From positions 1 through 56,787 of IMG/VR virus record IMGVR_UViG_3300028610_000868: 56,787 nucleotides of DNA. One strand, given 5' to 3'. The notes under the pieces are model-generated. The model ran no database searches. It saw only the letters and a list, made by a program, of their open reading frames with translations, and was not told the DNA's origin. The position numbers and the translations under genes were made by a program. Position 1 is the first letter of the stretch. Each line of letters begins with the position of its first letter. This document shows, one piece after another, positions 54,902-56,787 of the stretch. Origin of the DNA: a virus. Its lineage: Duplodnaviria; Caudoviricetes.

Positions 54902-55093
54902 TATGGCGGTGCCAAACGTAGGCACTGTATAAGATGATGACGGTTCGAGTACGTAACATGGCAACCATCACCATAACCGTTTGTAAGCGCACATGAAGGT
55001 GAATTTGAACTGTGGTGTTCTGTGGACAGGCTGATACCGGCACAGTGTAAAGGGAAACATGGTGGAGATAACCCAAGACACCCCCACACCATA
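54902..55093 (+). ncRNA. Putative structured ncRNA (about 190 nt)
   Basis: GCGGTGCC/GGCACTGT, GACGGTT/AACCGTT, ACTGTG/CACAGT stems; GC-richer non-coding gap between tRNAs. Confidence 0.4.
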
Positions 55094-55102
55094 ATTAATA
55101 AT

Positions 55103-55180
55103 GCACCCGTAGCTCAGTCTGGACAGAGCGTTCGCCTACGAAGCGAAGGGCCGAGGGTTCAAATCCTTCCGGGTGTGCCA
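55103..55180 (+). tRNA. tRNA-Arg(ACG)
   Basis: TTCGC-CT ACG AA-GCGAA; CCA. Confidence 0.95.
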
Positions 55181-55218
55181 AAGTTGTGGTAAATAGTATA
55201 AACGTCGGAGAAAATATT

Positions 55219-55473
55219 ATGGATTTATATCAAAAAGCATTAAATGCTAAAAGATATAAACGTGAAGAAGAAAGATTGAAAAAACGAACAACAAAATCTA
55301 TTGAAGAAGAATTAGAAGTTGTTAAACGTAAGGATGATGAATTAAAAGAACGTATAGGAACGCGGAGTAAAGAGATAAACTCATCTCTATTGAATGAACG
55401 TTTTAGAACACTAGTTAGAGCATATCGTTTAATGAGTCATTTACAGAAACGACCTAAAGTATATCTAGTTTAA
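55219..55473 (+). CDS. Hypothetical charged coiled-coil protein
   Basis: ATG with GGAG SD; MDLYQKALNAKRYKREEE... Confidence 0.55.
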   Translation: MDLYQKALNAKRYKREEERLKKRTTKSIEEELEVVKRKDDELKERIGTRSKEINSSLLNERFRTLVRAYRLMSHLQKRPKVYLV

Positions 55474-55476
55474 AAT

Positions 55477-55553
55477 GCCCCGGTAGCTCAGTAGGACAGA
55501 GCAGCTTCCTTCTAAGGAGACCGTCGAGGGTTCGAATCCTTCTCGGGGTGCCA
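55477..55553 (+). tRNA. tRNA-Arg(TCT)
   Basis: GCTTC-CT TCT AA-GGAGA; GAGGG-TTCGAAT-CCTTC; CCA. Confidence 0.92.
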
Positions 55554-55561
55554 AATATTTA

Positions 55562-55590
55562 TTGACAGTGATTAGGTGATGTGTTATCCT
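55562..55590 (+). promoter_or_regulatory. Sigma70-type promoter for tnpB
   Basis: TTGACA-17 nt-TATCCT with TG extension. Confidence 0.55.
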
Positions 55591-55620
55591 TTAATCTTAC
55601 GCTATTAAAGGTTATTAAAG

Positions 55621-56769
55621 TTGATATTACGAGCATATAAATTTCCTTGTTATCCTGATGAAAGGCAGAAAGCGCAGCTAGAGATTGAGTTTGCCGCAGC
55701 CCGTGCTATATTCAATTGGGGTTTAGCTACTCGTAAAGGTGAATATGAAAAGGATAAGACACGTGTTAGTAGGGTAGATTGTAATAAGCGTTTGACTCAA
55801 TTAAAAAAACATCCAGATGAATATTGGCCAGAACATATGGGTGGCACGGAATGGTTAAAAAATGCCAGTGTTACTGTATTACAATATTCGTTAATTAATC
55901 TTGATACAGCTTATAAGAATTTTTTTGAAGGTACTGCAAAGTATCCACAATTTAAAGTAAAGGGTAAAGCGCGAAATTCAGTAACTTACCCAATTTCTGC
56001 TTGTGTATATTTACATGAGGAAGAAAAGTTATGGTTAACAAACCAATATTATAGAAAAATGTCTTCGTTGAAAATTAAACGAGACCGTAAATTACCAACG
56101 GAACCAATAAAGGTAACAGTTAGTAAAGACAGGGTTGGTAATTATTTTATAAGTTTTCTTGTTAAGGAAGATATCGATCCATTACCGAAGACTGGAAAGG
56201 TGGTTGGGGTTGATGTTGGGATCACGGATGTTGTCATTACTGATGATGGTTATAAGAGTGGTAACCCGAAAAGTACTGCAAAATATGCAAAGAAGTTAAA
56301 AAAATTACAAAGGCAAAAACGCTTAAAGGAAAAGGGAAGTAATAATCAGGAGAAACTTAGGATAAAGATTGCAAAGGTTCATAAGAAAATTGCTGACACT
56401 CGTTTAACATTTTTACATAGGGAAAGCAAAAGGTTAGTAGATGAAGCAGATATTATTTCTGTTGAATCGTTGAATGTTCAGGGGATGATGAAAAACCGTA
56501 AGTTATCAAAAGCAATTGCCGATGCTTCGATGTCTGAATTTCACCGGCAGTTAGAATATAAATCACAATTTTATGGAAGAAATTTTGTTAGTATTGATAA
56601 ATGGTTTCCTAGCACAAAAACATGCAGTAGTTGTCATCATGTTGTTGATAGTATACCATTATCAGATAGAAGTTGGGAATGCCCTGAATGTGGTGTCAAA
56701 CATGACAGGGATATTAATGCAGCCATTAATATTAAAGAAGAGGGTCTCAGGATTTTAAATAATGCTTAA
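55621..56769 (+). CDS. tnpB: TnpB RNA-guided endonuclease (IS200/IS605 family), solo
   Basis: RAYKF..YP, ARAIFN, YPQFK, RuvC-I VGVDVG, RuvC-II VESLNV, CSSC/CPEC zinc finger, RuvC-III HDRDINAA. Confidence 0.95.
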   Translation: MILRAYKFPCYPDERQKAQLEIEFAAARAIFNWGLATRKGEYEKDKTRVSRVDCNKRLTQLKKHPDEYWPEHMGGTEWLKNASVTVLQYSLINLDTAYKNFFEGTAKYPQFKVKGKARNSVTYPISACVYLHEEEKLWLTNQYYRKMSSLKIKRDRKLPTEPIKVTVSKDRVGNYFISFLVKEDIDPLPKTGKVVGVDVGITDVVITDDGYKSGNPKSTAKYAKKLKKLQRQKRLKEKGSNNQEKLRIKIAKVHKKIADTRLTFLHRESKRLVDEADIISVESLNVQGMMKNRKLSKAIADASMSEFHRQLEYKSQFYGRNFVSIDKWFPSTKTCSSCHHVVDSIPLSDRSWECPECGVKHDRDINAAINIKEEGLRILNNA

Positions 56770-56787
56770 AAGTTTTAAAAATAGGGG

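Noticed and set aside
52195-55092. Short ORFs at 52195, 52521, 52936, 54249, 54873 and 54892
   Set aside because: They overlap tRNAs or structured RNA blocks and lack SD or protein-like motifs
488-56769. Genome-wide TAG recoding (code 15) suggested by the suppressor tRNA
   Set aside because: All conserved genes are full-length in the standard code with no in-frame TAG interruptions in this window

Overview
A 56.8-kb segment of a large T4-related (jumbo-type) myophage genome, standard genetic code. It carries replication/recombination genes (family-B DNA polymerase, probable sliding clamp, DsbA-like protein, DinG-like helicase, RuvC-like nuclease, gp46/gp47, late sigma gp55) and a contractile tail/baseplate module (gp4, tube, sheath, gp15, a 3365-aa virion protein with a Thr-Pro tract, gp6, gp25, gp5, tape measure, gp26/gp51-like pair, gp53, hub). 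It also has a portal-core-prohead protease head module (no major capsid gene here), accessory genes (MazG-like, peptide deformylase, metallophosphoesterase, pyruvyltransferase, glycosyltransferase, RHH regulator), and a tRNA cluster ending in a solo TnpB. The most notable material is at 48.4 kb and 52-55.6 kb. (i) An amber-suppressor tRNA(CUA). (ii) An unannotated 45-codon leader peptide that samples 35 different codons, ends in a rare UAG, and overlaps an antiterminator/terminator switch in front of the tRNA cluster. This is a candidate translation-sensing attenuator for phage tRNA supply. (iii) Many compact structured non-coding RNAs, including two tRNA mimics, between the 12 cluster tRNAs. 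Also seen: a duplicated gp67-like N-terminal leader on head-core proteins and a candidate -1 frameshift joining the gp26/gp51-like genes. All family assignments come from motif recognition and hand pairing, not database searches.
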